Source of the DNA: an uncultured bacterium
Lineage (GTDB): Bacteria > Fidelibacterota > Marinisomatia > Marinisomatales > UBA1611
Length of the DNA stretch: 47,012 bases
Direction of reading: 5' to 3'
NCBI GenBank assembly: GCA_964404235.1
Contig: CAYOJL010000001.1
Location: 13,826 to 60,837, forward strand
Part shown: positions 29,801 through 38,515 of the stretch, piece by piece
Position numbering within the stretch: the first letter of the stretch is position 1
How the letters are laid out: each line of letters begins with the position of its first letter
The notes under the pieces: model-generated
Told to the model about the DNA's origin: nothing
The model's database searches: none
What the model saw: only the letters and a program-made list of their open reading frames with translations
Program-made: the position numbers and the translations under genes

Positions 29801-30202
29801 TTATGACTTAAGAATTTTATGTTGTCGTAACATACAATCATTCATTACAACAAGCATGCCGTGCTCTTCAGCTTTTTGTGCAGCCTCCTTATGTATGACA
29901 GAATCTTGCATCCAGATAGCTTTTGCTCTTATAGCTATTGCTGAATCAACGATTGAAGGAACAAATTCACTGCGTCTGAAAATATCAATTACATCAATAG
30001 GTTTTTTTATTGATTCAAGTTTTGGATAACAAACCATCCCTGCTATTTCCTTATGGCCAGGATTTACAGGGATTATATCATATCCGTTCTGTTTCATGTA
30101 TATAGAGACGTAATGACTCGGTCTTTCTGTATTAGGACTAAATCCCACAACGGCGACCGTTTTCATTTCAAATATCTTTTTTATTGTATTAATACTATTC
30201 AC
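29801..30202 (-). CDS. CoA-binding protein (YccU-like)
   Basis: VAVVGFS...RPS, IIPVNP, IDVIDIFRRSE, IWMQ and VVMNDC motifs. Confidence 0.88.
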   Translation of the reverse strand: MNSINTIKKIFEMKTVAVVGFSPNTERPSHYVSIYMKQNGYDIIPVNPGHKEIAGMVCYPKLESIKKPIDVIDIFRRSEFVPSIVDSAIAIRAKAIWMQDSVIHKEAAQKAEEHGMLVVMNDCMLRQHKILKS

Positions 30203-31097
30203 TTTTAAAAATATTTGATATCACGTAACCTGCAATATTCGGATTCTCTTTTAATCTGCGCACTGAATAATCAAACCAATCAGGCCCAAATGGAACATAT
30301 ACTCTTACTTTATATCCACTTTCTAATAAAGTTTCTAATCGGCCTTCCATAGGTACACCAAATAAAACTTGGAATTCAAAAAGATGTGAAGGGATATTCT
30401 CGCTTTGTACCCACTCTATCAATCTATTTATAAGTTCCTGATCATGAGTAGCATATCCGCAAAAGGCTCCTCGCTTAGCCATTGTTTTTGCTAGTAGTAG
30501 GAAATTATTCCTAATGTCTTCACGTTCTTGATATGCAATAGTACTTGATTCTTTATATATCCCTTTACAAATACGTGAGTTAAATTGTTCATCTCCTAAT
30601 ATTTCTATATCATTTTGGCTTCTAAAAAGATAGGCTTGTATTGCAACTCCAACATTATTATAGAATTTTTTGCATTGTTTTAATATTTCAAATGTTTGGT
30701 CTGTATACTTTGAACTTTCCATATCAATTCTCAAAAAATTTCCAAATTCCTGTGCTTTTTTAGTAATTCTGGTCATGTTAGTAATAGCTTCAGTTTCTGA
30801 GACGCTCAAACCAATATGGGTTGGCTTAACTGATAGAGTGCATTCTAATGAATTTTCCTCGATCTGTTCATATAAATTGCAATACTCAGATGTAATTTGT
30901 CGTGCCTTTTGCTTGTTTATAATATGTTCTCCAAGTATATCTAATGTGGCAACAAAACCCTTATGATTGAGTTGTCTTATCTGTTTTAATGCATCGTCAC
31001 TATTCTCACCTGCAACGTATGGTTTAGCAAATGGTTTAGCAAACCATCTAGGCAGTAGAGGTAGAGAATTGGTAATAATAGAATTAATAAATGACAT
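30195..31097 (-). CDS. Monofunctional proline dehydrogenase
   Basis: YVAGE, TLDILGE, SVKPT, RIDME, QAYL.R, RICKGIY.E, ATHD, EFQ.L.G, RVYVPFG and Y..RRL.E motifs. No P5CDH domain. Confidence 0.93.
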   Translation of the reverse strand: MSFINSIITNSLPLLPRWFAKPFAKPYVAGENSDDALKQIRQLNHKGFVATLDILGEHIINKQKARQITSEYCNLYEQIEENSLECTLSVKPTHIGLSVSETEAITNMTRITKKAQEFGNFLRIDMESSKYTDQTFEILKQCKKFYNNVGVAIQAYLFRSQNDIEILGDEQFNSRICKGIYKESSTIAYQEREDIRNNFLLLAKTMAKRGAFCGYATHDQELINRLIEWVQSENIPSHLFEFQVLFGVPMEGRLETLLESGYKVRVYVPFGPDWFDYSVRRLKENPNIAGYVISNIFKSE

Positions 31098-31189
31098 CCA
31101 AAAAATTAGACCGAACTTAATTCTACAACCAACGAGTTTTCTTGTATTTACTTCGTGATTGAAATATGTGTTTTAAAATGAAGTTTAAA

Positions 31190-31219
31190 TTGACTAAACA
31201 AAATATCACGGACTAAATT
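31190..31219 (+). promoter_or_regulatory. Putative sigma70-type promoter for the nuo-nqr operon
   Basis: TTGACT (31190-31195), an 18-nt spacer and TAAATT (31214-31219), ending 34 nt upstream of nuoA. Confidence 0.35.
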
Positions 31220-31253
31220 TGAAGTCTGTTTACCCCCTTCATAAATAGAATAT

Positions 31254-31670
31254 ATGTATAGAGATTTCGGAACTGTTTTTTTTACTAGTGTCGTGGCTAT
31301 CATTTTTGTGATAGTTCCATTGGTCATAGCCTGGCTTGTCGCACCCTCAAATAAAACTAAGGAAAAACTTGAGACTTATGAATGTGGAGAAGTAGTTGAA
31401 GGTTCTGCATGGCTACAATTCAACATTCGCTTTTATGTCATAGCTCTAATATTTCTTATCTTTGATGTAGAAGTTGTATTCCTATTCCCTTGGGCAGTTG
31501 TTTTCAAAGATTTAGGTCTTCTTGCTTTGATCGAGATGGGAATATTTTTATTGATATTAGTAGTTGGACTAGCATATGTATGGGTTAAGTCTGACTTGGA
31601 TTGGGTTAAAAGAAAGGTCCGCTATGGATCTGGTAGATATTCAAAAATTGCAATGGATCAGGAAAACTAA
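31254..31670 (+). CDS. nuoA: NADH-quinone oxidoreductase subunit A
   Basis: K..TYECG and [26 protein letters not shown] motifs. Confidence 0.95.
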   Translation: MYRDFGTVFFTSVVAIIFVIVPLVIAWLVAPSNKTKEKLETYECGEVVEGSAWLQFNIRFYVIALIFLIFDVEVVFLFPWAVVFKDLGLLALIEMGIFLLILVVGLAYVWVKSDLDWVKRKVRYGSGRYSKIAMDQEN

Positions 31671-32165
31671 ATGGGTTTACTAACAAATAAATTTCAAGAA
31701 GATAATGTAATTGTTGAGAAACTTGAAAAACTACTTAACTGGAGTCGTAGTACGAGTCCTTGGTTCTTCCAGTTTGGTACCGCCTGTTGTGCTATTGAAA
31801 TGATGGCCGCTGCTGCACCAAGACATGATATAAAAAGGATTGGCTTTATTCCTAGGTCATCGCCTAGGCAAGCAGATGTGATGATAGTTGCTGGTACTGT
31901 TACAATGAAAATGGCAATCCGAGTCAAGAAGCTCTATGAACAGATGGCAGATCCAAAATACGTTGTTGCCATGGGTTCATGCGCTACGAGTGGTGGACCA
32001 TATTGGCAACATGGTTATCATGTGCTTAAGGGTGTGGACATAGTTATCCCAGTCGATGTATACGTACCAGGTTGTCCACCAAGACCTGAATCTTTAATTG
32101 AAGGACTTTTAAAGCTGGAAGAGCAGATACTTGAAGACCGACCACTAACACGTAAAATGGTATGA
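31671..32165 (+). CDS. nuoB: NADH-quinone oxidoreductase subunit B (N2 cluster)
   Basis: GTACCAIEM tandem cysteines, [15 protein letters not shown] and [13 protein letters not shown]. Confidence 0.96.
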   Translation: MGLLTNKFQEDNVIVEKLEKLLNWSRSTSPWFFQFGTACCAIEMMAAAAPRHDIKRIGFIPRSSPRQADVMIVAGTVTMKMAIRVKKLYEQMADPKYVVAMGSCATSGGPYWQHGYHVLKGVDIVIPVDVYVPGCPPRPESLIEGLLKLEEQILEDRPLTRKMV

Positions 32166-32872
32166 GTTCAGACAAAGAGAAACTTATAGCAGAGTTGGTC
32201 AATAAAGGCCTTGATGGAGACATGGACTCTGTTAATGCATGTGACGACAAGATCATACGTGCAAAGGCAAAGGCAATGATCATGAAGGTTAAGAAAGGAA
32301 CTCTGGACCGCCCTGAAATGCCATTAGTGGTGTCAGATACCCCAACTAATGATCATAAAGAAGAAAATGTGCAAGATAATGTTGAAGACTCTTTTCAAAA
32401 AATAAAAAAAATGATTGCAGATAAATTCCCTGATTCTCTGATCGAGCATGACAAAGGTGACCATATTCAGGTTAAACCTGAGCAATGGAGTGATATAGCT
32501 ACATGGCTTAAGTCAGAACCTTCACTTTTATTTGATTCTCTCCAATGCCAAATGGGTATAGATATTGGAGATGACATGTTAGAATCAAGGTACAATCTTC
32601 ATTCAATGGAATTGGATCATTATATTGAAATAAGAATAGCGGTTCATAGGTCTGATCCTAAAATACCATCTGTTGAACAAATATGGAGAATTGCGGATTG
32701 GTTTGAAAGAGAGACCTATGACATGCTAGGTATTGAATATACTGGGCATAGAGATCTAAGAAGGATATTATTGCCAGATGATTGGGAAGGCTGGCCTTTG
32801 CGGAAAGATTATCAGGTGCAAGAAACATATCATGGGATTGTTGTACCAAAAATGAAGGAAGGATGGGAGTAG
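32162..32872 (+). CDS. nuoC: NADH-quinone oxidoreductase subunit C with N-terminal extension
   Basis: [40 protein letters not shown] pattern. ATGA overlap with nuoB. Confidence 0.93.
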   Translation: MSSDKEKLIAELVNKGLDGDMDSVNACDDKIIRAKAKAMIMKVKKGTLDRPEMPLVVSDTPTNDHKEENVQDNVEDSFQKIKKMIADKFPDSLIEHDKGDHIQVKPEQWSDIATWLKSEPSLLFDSLQCQMGIDIGDDMLESRYNLHSMELDHYIEIRIAVHRSDPKIPSVEQIWRIADWFERETYDMLGIEYTGHRDLRRILLPDDWEGWPLRKDYQVQETYHGIVVPKMKEGWE

Positions 32873-33984
32873 TACACGGCGAAGAAATGGTCCTCAACAT
32901 TGGGCCTCAACATCCTGCGACGCATGGAGTTTTACGCCTTCAGGTCAGGACGGATGGTGAAGTTGTTTCACAGATCACTCCATATATGGGGTATTTGCAT
33001 AGATGCTTCGAAAAACATTCTGAAAATGTTACATATGAACAGGTAATCCCATTTACTGATCGCTGTGATTATTTATCATCAATGTCCATGAACTTTGGGT
33101 ATGTAGTAGCGATGGAAAGATTGATGGAGATCAAGGTAAATGATAGAGTTGAGCATATCAGAGTCGTCATGGCAGAATTGCAACGGATTGCTAGCCACCT
33201 TTTATGTACGGGAGTATTTGGATTAGATCTAGGTGCATTCACCCCTTTTTTATGGGCTCTAAGGGACAGAGAAAGAATACTTGATCTATTTGAATTGACC
33301 TGTGGTGCGCGACTTTTATACAACTATATGTGGGTTGGCGGTTTAAGCCATGATATACCTGTAGGGTTTGTAGAATCAACTTTTGAATTTCTTGATTATT
33401 TTGAGCCAAAGGTCGATGAATTAGAGAATATACTAGCGCACAATAAAATACTGGTTGAACGCTCTGCTGATATTGGGGTAATGCCAAAAGATGTGGCTAT
33501 TAGCTATGGAGTTACAGGTCCAAATTTAAGAGCGTCTGGGGTTAAATGGGACCTACGAAAGAATGATCCATATTCGATCTATGATAGATTCGAATTTGAC
33601 GTTCCAATCGGTGAAGGTCAAAAGGGTACGGTTGGAGACTGTTGGGATCGATTTTATGTAAGGATCATTGAAATAAGGGAAAGCGTCAAAATAATTAGAC
33701 AAGCGCTAGCAAGTATGCCAAAAGAAGGCGACGTTCATCAATCACTTCCAAAAAAAATACGACCACCAAAAGGATCAGTGTATGCAAGAACTGAAACACC
33801 AAGAGGTGATCTAGGTTATTATATTGAAAGCGATGGTAGTCCAATCCCCTATAGGGTGAAGATGCGTTCTCCTGCATTTACAGCCCTTTCAGTTCTAGAT
33901 GAGATCGGTGCTGGTTGGTTACTATCTGATGTACTTGCCATCTTAGGCAGTCTCGATATTGTTCTTGGAGAGATTGACAGGTGA
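32863..33984 (+). CDS. nuoD: NADH-quinone oxidoreductase subunit D (start revised from 32782 to 32863)
   Basis: LNIGPQHPATHGVLRL, GYLHR, DRCDY, ELQRIASHL, GPNLRASG and LDIVLGEIDR motifs. The ATG at 32863 follows GAAGGAAGG and overlaps the nuoC end by 10 nt. Confidence 0.95.
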   Translation: MGVVHGEEMVLNIGPQHPATHGVLRLQVRTDGEVVSQITPYMGYLHRCFEKHSENVTYEQVIPFTDRCDYLSSMSMNFGYVVAMERLMEIKVNDRVEHIRVVMAELQRIASHLLCTGVFGLDLGAFTPFLWALRDRERILDLFELTCGARLLYNYMWVGGLSHDIPVGFVESTFEFLDYFEPKVDELENILAHNKILVERSADIGVMPKDVAISYGVTGPNLRASGVKWDLRKNDPYSIYDRFEFDVPIGEGQKGTVGDCWDRFYVRIIEIRESVKIIRQALASMPKEGDVHQSLPKKIRPPKGSVYARTETPRGDLGYYIESDGSPIPYRVKMRSPAFTALSVLDEIGAGWLLSDVLAILGSLDIVLGEIDR

Positions 33985-35054
33985 CAGTTGATTTCATTTT
34001 TGATGGTCTGAACCAATTATTTCCAGCAGTGGCTGGAAATGATTTCTTTCTAATTATAGCTATGCTTCTTCCTGTAGCAGCTTTACTAGGATTTATCACT
34101 ATTTATGGATTTGGAGTTATTTATTCTGAAATAAAAGTTTCATCATTTATTCAAGATAAAACTGGTCCAATGGGACAAGGTCCAGGTTTACATGCCGGGA
34201 AATGGGGGCTTTTGCAGCCTGTAGCAGATGGAATAAAACTTTTTATTAAAGAGGATATCATTCCTGCAAGTGCTGATAAACCATTATTTATTTTAGCTCC
34301 TTTTCTAATATTTATTGGTGCGCTTACTGCATTTATTGCAGTACCATTTGGAGAGAAGATCATAATTGTTGATATGAATATTGGTATTTTTTATATCATT
34401 GGGGTAGGTAGTTTAGCTGTAATTGCATTGATTTTAGCAGGTTGGTCATCAAATAATAAGTGGGCGCTCTTTGGGGGTATGAGGTCAGCTGCACAAATTA
34501 TTAGTTATGAAATACCAGCTGGAATATCATTAGTAGTAGTTATCATGTTAGCAAGTTCATTGAATATGCAAGAGATCATCGCATATCAGGAAGGTGGATT
34601 ATTTAATTGGATCATTTTTGATAATCCATTTATGCCTATAGTGTTTGTTATTTTTTTTATAAGTGCTCTTGCCGAAACAAATAGAACGCCTTTTGATTTG
34701 CCTGAATCGGAGTCAGAGTTAGTAGCAGGTTTTGTTACTGAGTATTCTGGAACTCGTTATGCGATCTTTTTTCTCAGTGAGTACGCAAATATGTTTGTGA
34801 TAAGTGCTGTCGCTGCTACAGCATTTCTTGGAGGATGGCAGAGTCCTTTTGAAAATTTTCTTAATACACCAGCATGGAGCGTTTTTTGGATGATTAGCAA
34901 AACATTTTTCCTGATTTTTGTTATGATATGGGTACGTTGGACAGTTCCAAGATTACGTGTAGATCAGCTTATGCATTTGTGCTGGAAGGTTTTTATACCC
35001 ATAGGTTTATTTAATGTTTTTGCTGTTGCAATATGGATAGTAGTTATAGGATGA
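33981..35054 (+). CDS. nuoH: NADH-quinone oxidoreductase subunit H
   Basis: GLLQPVADGIKL..KED, AGWSSNNK, RSAAQ.ISYE, AETNRTPFDLPESESELV.G and PRLRVDQL motifs. Confidence 0.95.
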   Translation: MTVDFIFDGLNQLFPAVAGNDFFLIIAMLLPVAALLGFITIYGFGVIYSEIKVSSFIQDKTGPMGQGPGLHAGKWGLLQPVADGIKLFIKEDIIPASADKPLFILAPFLIFIGALTAFIAVPFGEKIIIVDMNIGIFYIIGVGSLAVIALILAGWSSNNKWALFGGMRSAAQIISYEIPAGISLVVVIMLASSLNMQEIIAYQEGGLFNWIIFDNPFMPIVFVIFFISALAETNRTPFDLPESESELVAGFVTEYSGTRYAIFFLSEYANMFVISAVAATAFLGGWQSPFENFLNTPAWSVFWMISKTFFLIFVMIWVRWTVPRLRVDQLMHLCWKVFIPIGLFNVFAVAIWIVVIG

Positions 35055-35058
35055 GATC

Positions 35059-35643
35059 ATGATAAAGTACTTTACAGATATTTTTACCGCAATTTCAACA
35101 ATCACGGGAGGAATGCTTATCACATTGAACCATCTTATCCGTGCAAAGAAGGGAATCGCTACATTGCAGTATCCTGAAGAAAGATGGCCACGCCCGGAAA
35201 GGAATATTGGTTTTAACTCTGAAAGTTATAATGTGATAAGGTCACGGCTTCATGTTGATATGGATGATTGCATCGGATGTCTTAAATGCGAAAGAGCCTG
35301 TCCAGTTGATTGCATAAAGATTGAAACGGAAAAATCACCTGATAGAGGAAATGACATTAAGGACATTAATCATATAGGTATTACTACAAATGGCACAAAA
35401 AAAGCACTTGTCGTTACAAGGTTTGATATAGATATGACTGAGTGCTGTTATTGTAATCTATGTACATATCCATGCCCTGAAGAATGTATCTTCATGACTG
35501 GAGGCCCAAATGGTAAAAAACACCCTATAGACTATGAGTTTTCCGAACCGGATCGAAGCGATCTTATTTATAGGTTTGCAAAGCCAGGTACTAAAGAAGG
35601 CATGGAAAATATTTTAAATGAGAAGAGTAAAGTCGAGGCCTAG
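35059..35643 (+). CDS. nuoI: NADH-quinone oxidoreductase subunit I (2x[4Fe-4S])
   Basis: TLQYPEE, CIGCLKCERACP and CCYCNLCTYPCP motifs. Confidence 0.93.
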   Translation: MIKYFTDIFTAISTITGGMLITLNHLIRAKKGIATLQYPEERWPRPERNIGFNSESYNVIRSRLHVDMDDCIGCLKCERACPVDCIKIETEKSPDRGNDIKDINHIGITTNGTKKALVVTRFDIDMTECCYCNLCTYPCPEECIFMTGGPNGKKHPIDYEFSEPDRSDLIYRFAKPGTKEGMENILNEKSKVEA

Positions 35644-35648
35644 GCCAA

Positions 35649-36137
35649 ATGGCTGAAATATTATTCTGGTTCATAGCCTTATTGACTGTTCTATCTGCAG
35701 CAATGGTAGTGCTTAATAACCAGTTATTATATTCTGCTATAGCACTATTATTCACACTTTTTGGCGTTGCAGGGCTATATATATATCTCTGGGCAGATTT
35801 CATAGCCGGGGTACAGCTTCTGGTATATATTGGTGGTATAAATGTCCTTATTATTTTTGGTATTATGCTTACCAACCGGATATCATCTGTAAGATTATCT
35901 CAAACTAATATCCAACAAGGAATTGGCGGGGTAGTTGCACTTTGGCTTTTAATATTAATATCCATGGTTATATCAAAAACGCCATGGTACCAGGTCACAT
36001 CTGCTGAGCCATCTAGTACTGTTAGGGAGGTAGGCACTCTCTTAATGACAAAATATTTGCTTCCATTTGAGGCCATATCACTACTTTTATTAGGCGCATT
36101 GATCGGAGCAGCATTATTATCAAGGGAAGCAAGCTAG
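35649..36137 (+). CDS. nuoJ: NADH-quinone oxidoreductase subunit J
   Basis: QLLVYIGGINVLIIFGIML and YLLPFE motifs, in the expected operon position. Confidence 0.93.
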   Translation: MAEILFWFIALLTVLSAAMVVLNNQLLYSAIALLFTLFGVAGLYIYLWADFIAGVQLLVYIGGINVLIIFGIMLTNRISSVRLSQTNIQQGIGGVVALWLLILISMVISKTPWYQVTSAEPSSTVREVGTLLMTKYLLPFEAISLLLLGALIGAALLSREAS

Positions 36138-36442
36138 TGGATCAACTTAATAATTATCTTTTTATAGCTGCGATCTTATTCTCTTTTGGTGTTTTTGGCG
36201 TAATGACAAGACGTAATGGTATTGCGGTATTGATGGGCGTTGAATTGATTCTAAATGCCGCAAATTTAAATTTTATTGCTTTTTCACGTTTTGGGGGCAT
36301 GAATCTTGATGGCCATATTTTCGGACTTATTGTAATTGTCCTTGCAGCTGCAGAAGCTGCAGTAGCATTAGCGATTGTGATCAATATATATAATAACCTT
36401 AATACCATTAATGTAGATGAAGCGTCTACAATGAAAGAATGA
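36137..36442 (+). CDS. nuoK: NADH-quinone oxidoreductase subunit K
   Basis: RRN, LMGVELILNAANLN and AAAEAAVALA motifs. GTG start. Confidence 0.95.
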   Translation: MDQLNNYLFIAAILFSFGVFGVMTRRNGIAVLMGVELILNAANLNFIAFSRFGGMNLDGHIFGLIVIVLAAAEAAVALAIVINIYNNLNTINVDEASTMKE

Positions 36443-38490
36443 TGGAACATATTTTTATAAATTATTCATTATTTATCCTATTTCTACCTCTAGTAGCCTT
36501 TGTCATTCAGATCTTTTTTGGAAAACGTTTGCCACGTGATGGTGATTGGGTATCTATTGGAGCTATATCTATTACTTTGATCTTAGCTATTACTATGTTT
36601 GTTGAAATGCTTGTGGATTATGATCCAGAGTTTAGTAAAGAGGCATCTTTTGTATGGCTAGATATGGGCGCTTTCAATATTAGGCTAGGTTTTCTTGTTG
36701 ACAATATCACTATCATCATGCTTTTGGTTGTTGCACTCATATCAACCTGTACTCATGTTTTTTCTACACAATATCTTAAAGGGGATATTCGATATTCGCG
36801 TTATTTTGGTTATCTAGGTCTATTCACCTTTTCAATGAATGGTATAGTCTTAGCGAATAACCTTATGTCTATGTATATGTTTTGGGAATTGGTTGGAGTC
36901 AGCAGCTATCTATTGATAGGACATTGGTTTGAAAAGGATTCTGCTGCAAATGCAAGTAAGAAAGCTTTCCTCACAAATAGGGTAGGAGACATTGGGTTTT
37001 TTATAGGTATTATGCTTATATATAGTGCAGTTGGGTCCTTTGCTTTTACTGATGTATTTGATGGGGTTGCATCTGGAATGATCGCAGGCACAACGTTAAC
37101 TTTTGCTGGAGTTGGATTGTTTATGGGTGCCATGGGTAAATCATCACAGTTTCCGCTACATATATGGTTACCTGATGCGATGGAAGGACCAACGCCCGTA
37201 TCCGCATTAATGCACGCTGCAACTATGGTAGCAGCAGGTGTTTATTTATCTGTTAGAATTTTTCCAATTCTTACACCAGATGCTTTATTGGTAGTTGCAT
37301 ATGTTGGTGGATTTACAGCCTTATTTGCAGCCTCTATCGCAATAACTCAAACAGATATTAAAAAAGTATTAGCCTATTCCACCGTCAGTCAACTAGGATA
37401 TATGATACTAGCAGTGGGAACGGGAGTTTACATTGCCGCATTTTTTCATTTATTGACACATGCTATGTTCAAAGCTAATCTATTTTATGGATCTGGATCG
37501 GTCATTCATTCAATGCATCATGCCCTTCATGAAAAGCATGACCATGAAACAGACCCCCAGGATATGCGAAATATGGGAGGATTTAAAGATAGAATGCCAG
37601 TTACCTATTGGTCCATGCTTATCAGTACAATGGCAATAGCCGGTGTTCCACTTTTTTCAGGTTTCCTTTCAAAAGATGCTATACTAGCTGGTACGCTCTC
37701 TTTTGCACAGCATCATCCAGGACATTTTTTATTACCGATATTTGGATTTGGAGCAGCTGCTATGACAGCATTCTATATGTTCAGGATGATGTTTCTGACC
37801 TTTCATGGTGAAGCAAATATGCCAGATATCATTGATGATATCCATGAATCGCCAAAAGAAATGACAGGACCAATTGTTCTATTAGGTGCTTTAAGCATAT
37901 TTATCTGGTACACTTTGCCATATTTTAATCCCATGTCTACCCATGGATGGTTTACCGATCTTGTTGTGCCAAAAGATGCTGTTGTGCCTGGAAATCTTTC
38001 AGCTAATGAAATAGAAGAAGGTGCCCATCATGCTCATCATCTGGCCATGTATATTTCTATAGCTGTTGCAACATTTGGAATTTTGCTATCATGGGCTACT
38101 TATATCAAAAAAGCAATCTCTGCTGATCAATGGTCAACTCGCTCAGGTTTTTTATACGACTGGAGTCTAAATAAATATTATTTTGATGAAAATTATGATA
38201 GATACATATACCAACCTACCTTGAGACTGGCTGATAAAGTTGCATGGATAGATTGGGAACTCTATGATAAATATTTTATTAATGGTTTTGGCCGTTTTAC
38301 AAATTGGGCTAGTAAGGTTACGGGAAAATTTGATTATGATGTAATTGATCAATTACTGGTTGATGGAACGGGTAGGATCTCAAATTTGATTGGTAGGAAG
38401 TTTAAAAGTGTACAGACCGGAAAACTTCAAAATTATGTGCTGTATGTTGCAGCAGGGGTAATCATATTAATGGTTATTCAGTCATTTTAA
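36439..38490 (+). CDS. nuoL: NADH-quinone oxidoreductase subunit L
   Basis: WELVG, NRVGD, GKSSQFPLHIWLPDAMEGPTPVSALMHAATMV, KKVLAYSTVSQLG, HAMFKA and QTG.LQNY motifs. Confidence 0.96.
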   Translation: MMEHIFINYSLFILFLPLVAFVIQIFFGKRLPRDGDWVSIGAISITLILAITMFVEMLVDYDPEFSKEASFVWLDMGAFNIRLGFLVDNITIIMLLVVALISTCTHVFSTQYLKGDIRYSRYFGYLGLFTFSMNGIVLANNLMSMYMFWELVGVSSYLLIGHWFEKDSAANASKKAFLTNRVGDIGFFIGIMLIYSAVGSFAFTDVFDGVASGMIAGTTLTFAGVGLFMGAMGKSSQFPLHIWLPDAMEGPTPVSALMHAATMVAAGVYLSVRIFPILTPDALLVVAYVGGFTALFAASIAITQTDIKKVLAYSTVSQLGYMILAVGTGVYIAAFFHLLTHAMFKANLFYGSGSVIHSMHHALHEKHDHETDPQDMRNMGGFKDRMPVTYWSMLISTMAIAGVPLFSGFLSKDAILAGTLSFAQHHPGHFLLPIFGFGAAAMTAFYMFRMMFLTFHGEANMPDIIDDIHESPKEMTGPIVLLGALSIFIWYTLPYFNPMSTHGWFTDLVVPKDAVVPGNLSANEIEEGAHHAHHLAMYISIAVATFGILLSWATYIKKAISADQWSTRSGFLYDWSLNKYYFDENYDRYIYQPTLRLADKVAWIDWELYDKYFINGFGRFTNWASKVTGKFDYDVIDQLLVDGTGRISNLIGRKFKSVQTGKLQNYVLYVAAGVIILMVIQSF

Positions 38491-38515
38491 TACAAATGTG
38501 TGAGTAGAGGAGAAG

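Noticed and set aside
32782-32862. ORF-track N-terminal extension of NuoD ([10 protein letters not shown]...)
   Set aside because: It overlaps the conserved NuoC C-terminus by about 90 nt in another frame. The ATG at 32863 with a purine-rich upstream site is the better start.
31671-33984. Group 4 [NiFe]-hydrogenase interpretation of the headless complex
   Set aside because: NuoD lacks the N- and C-terminal CxxC Ni-binding motifs and keeps the quinone-site His and Tyr. NuoB has the tandem CC of complex I.
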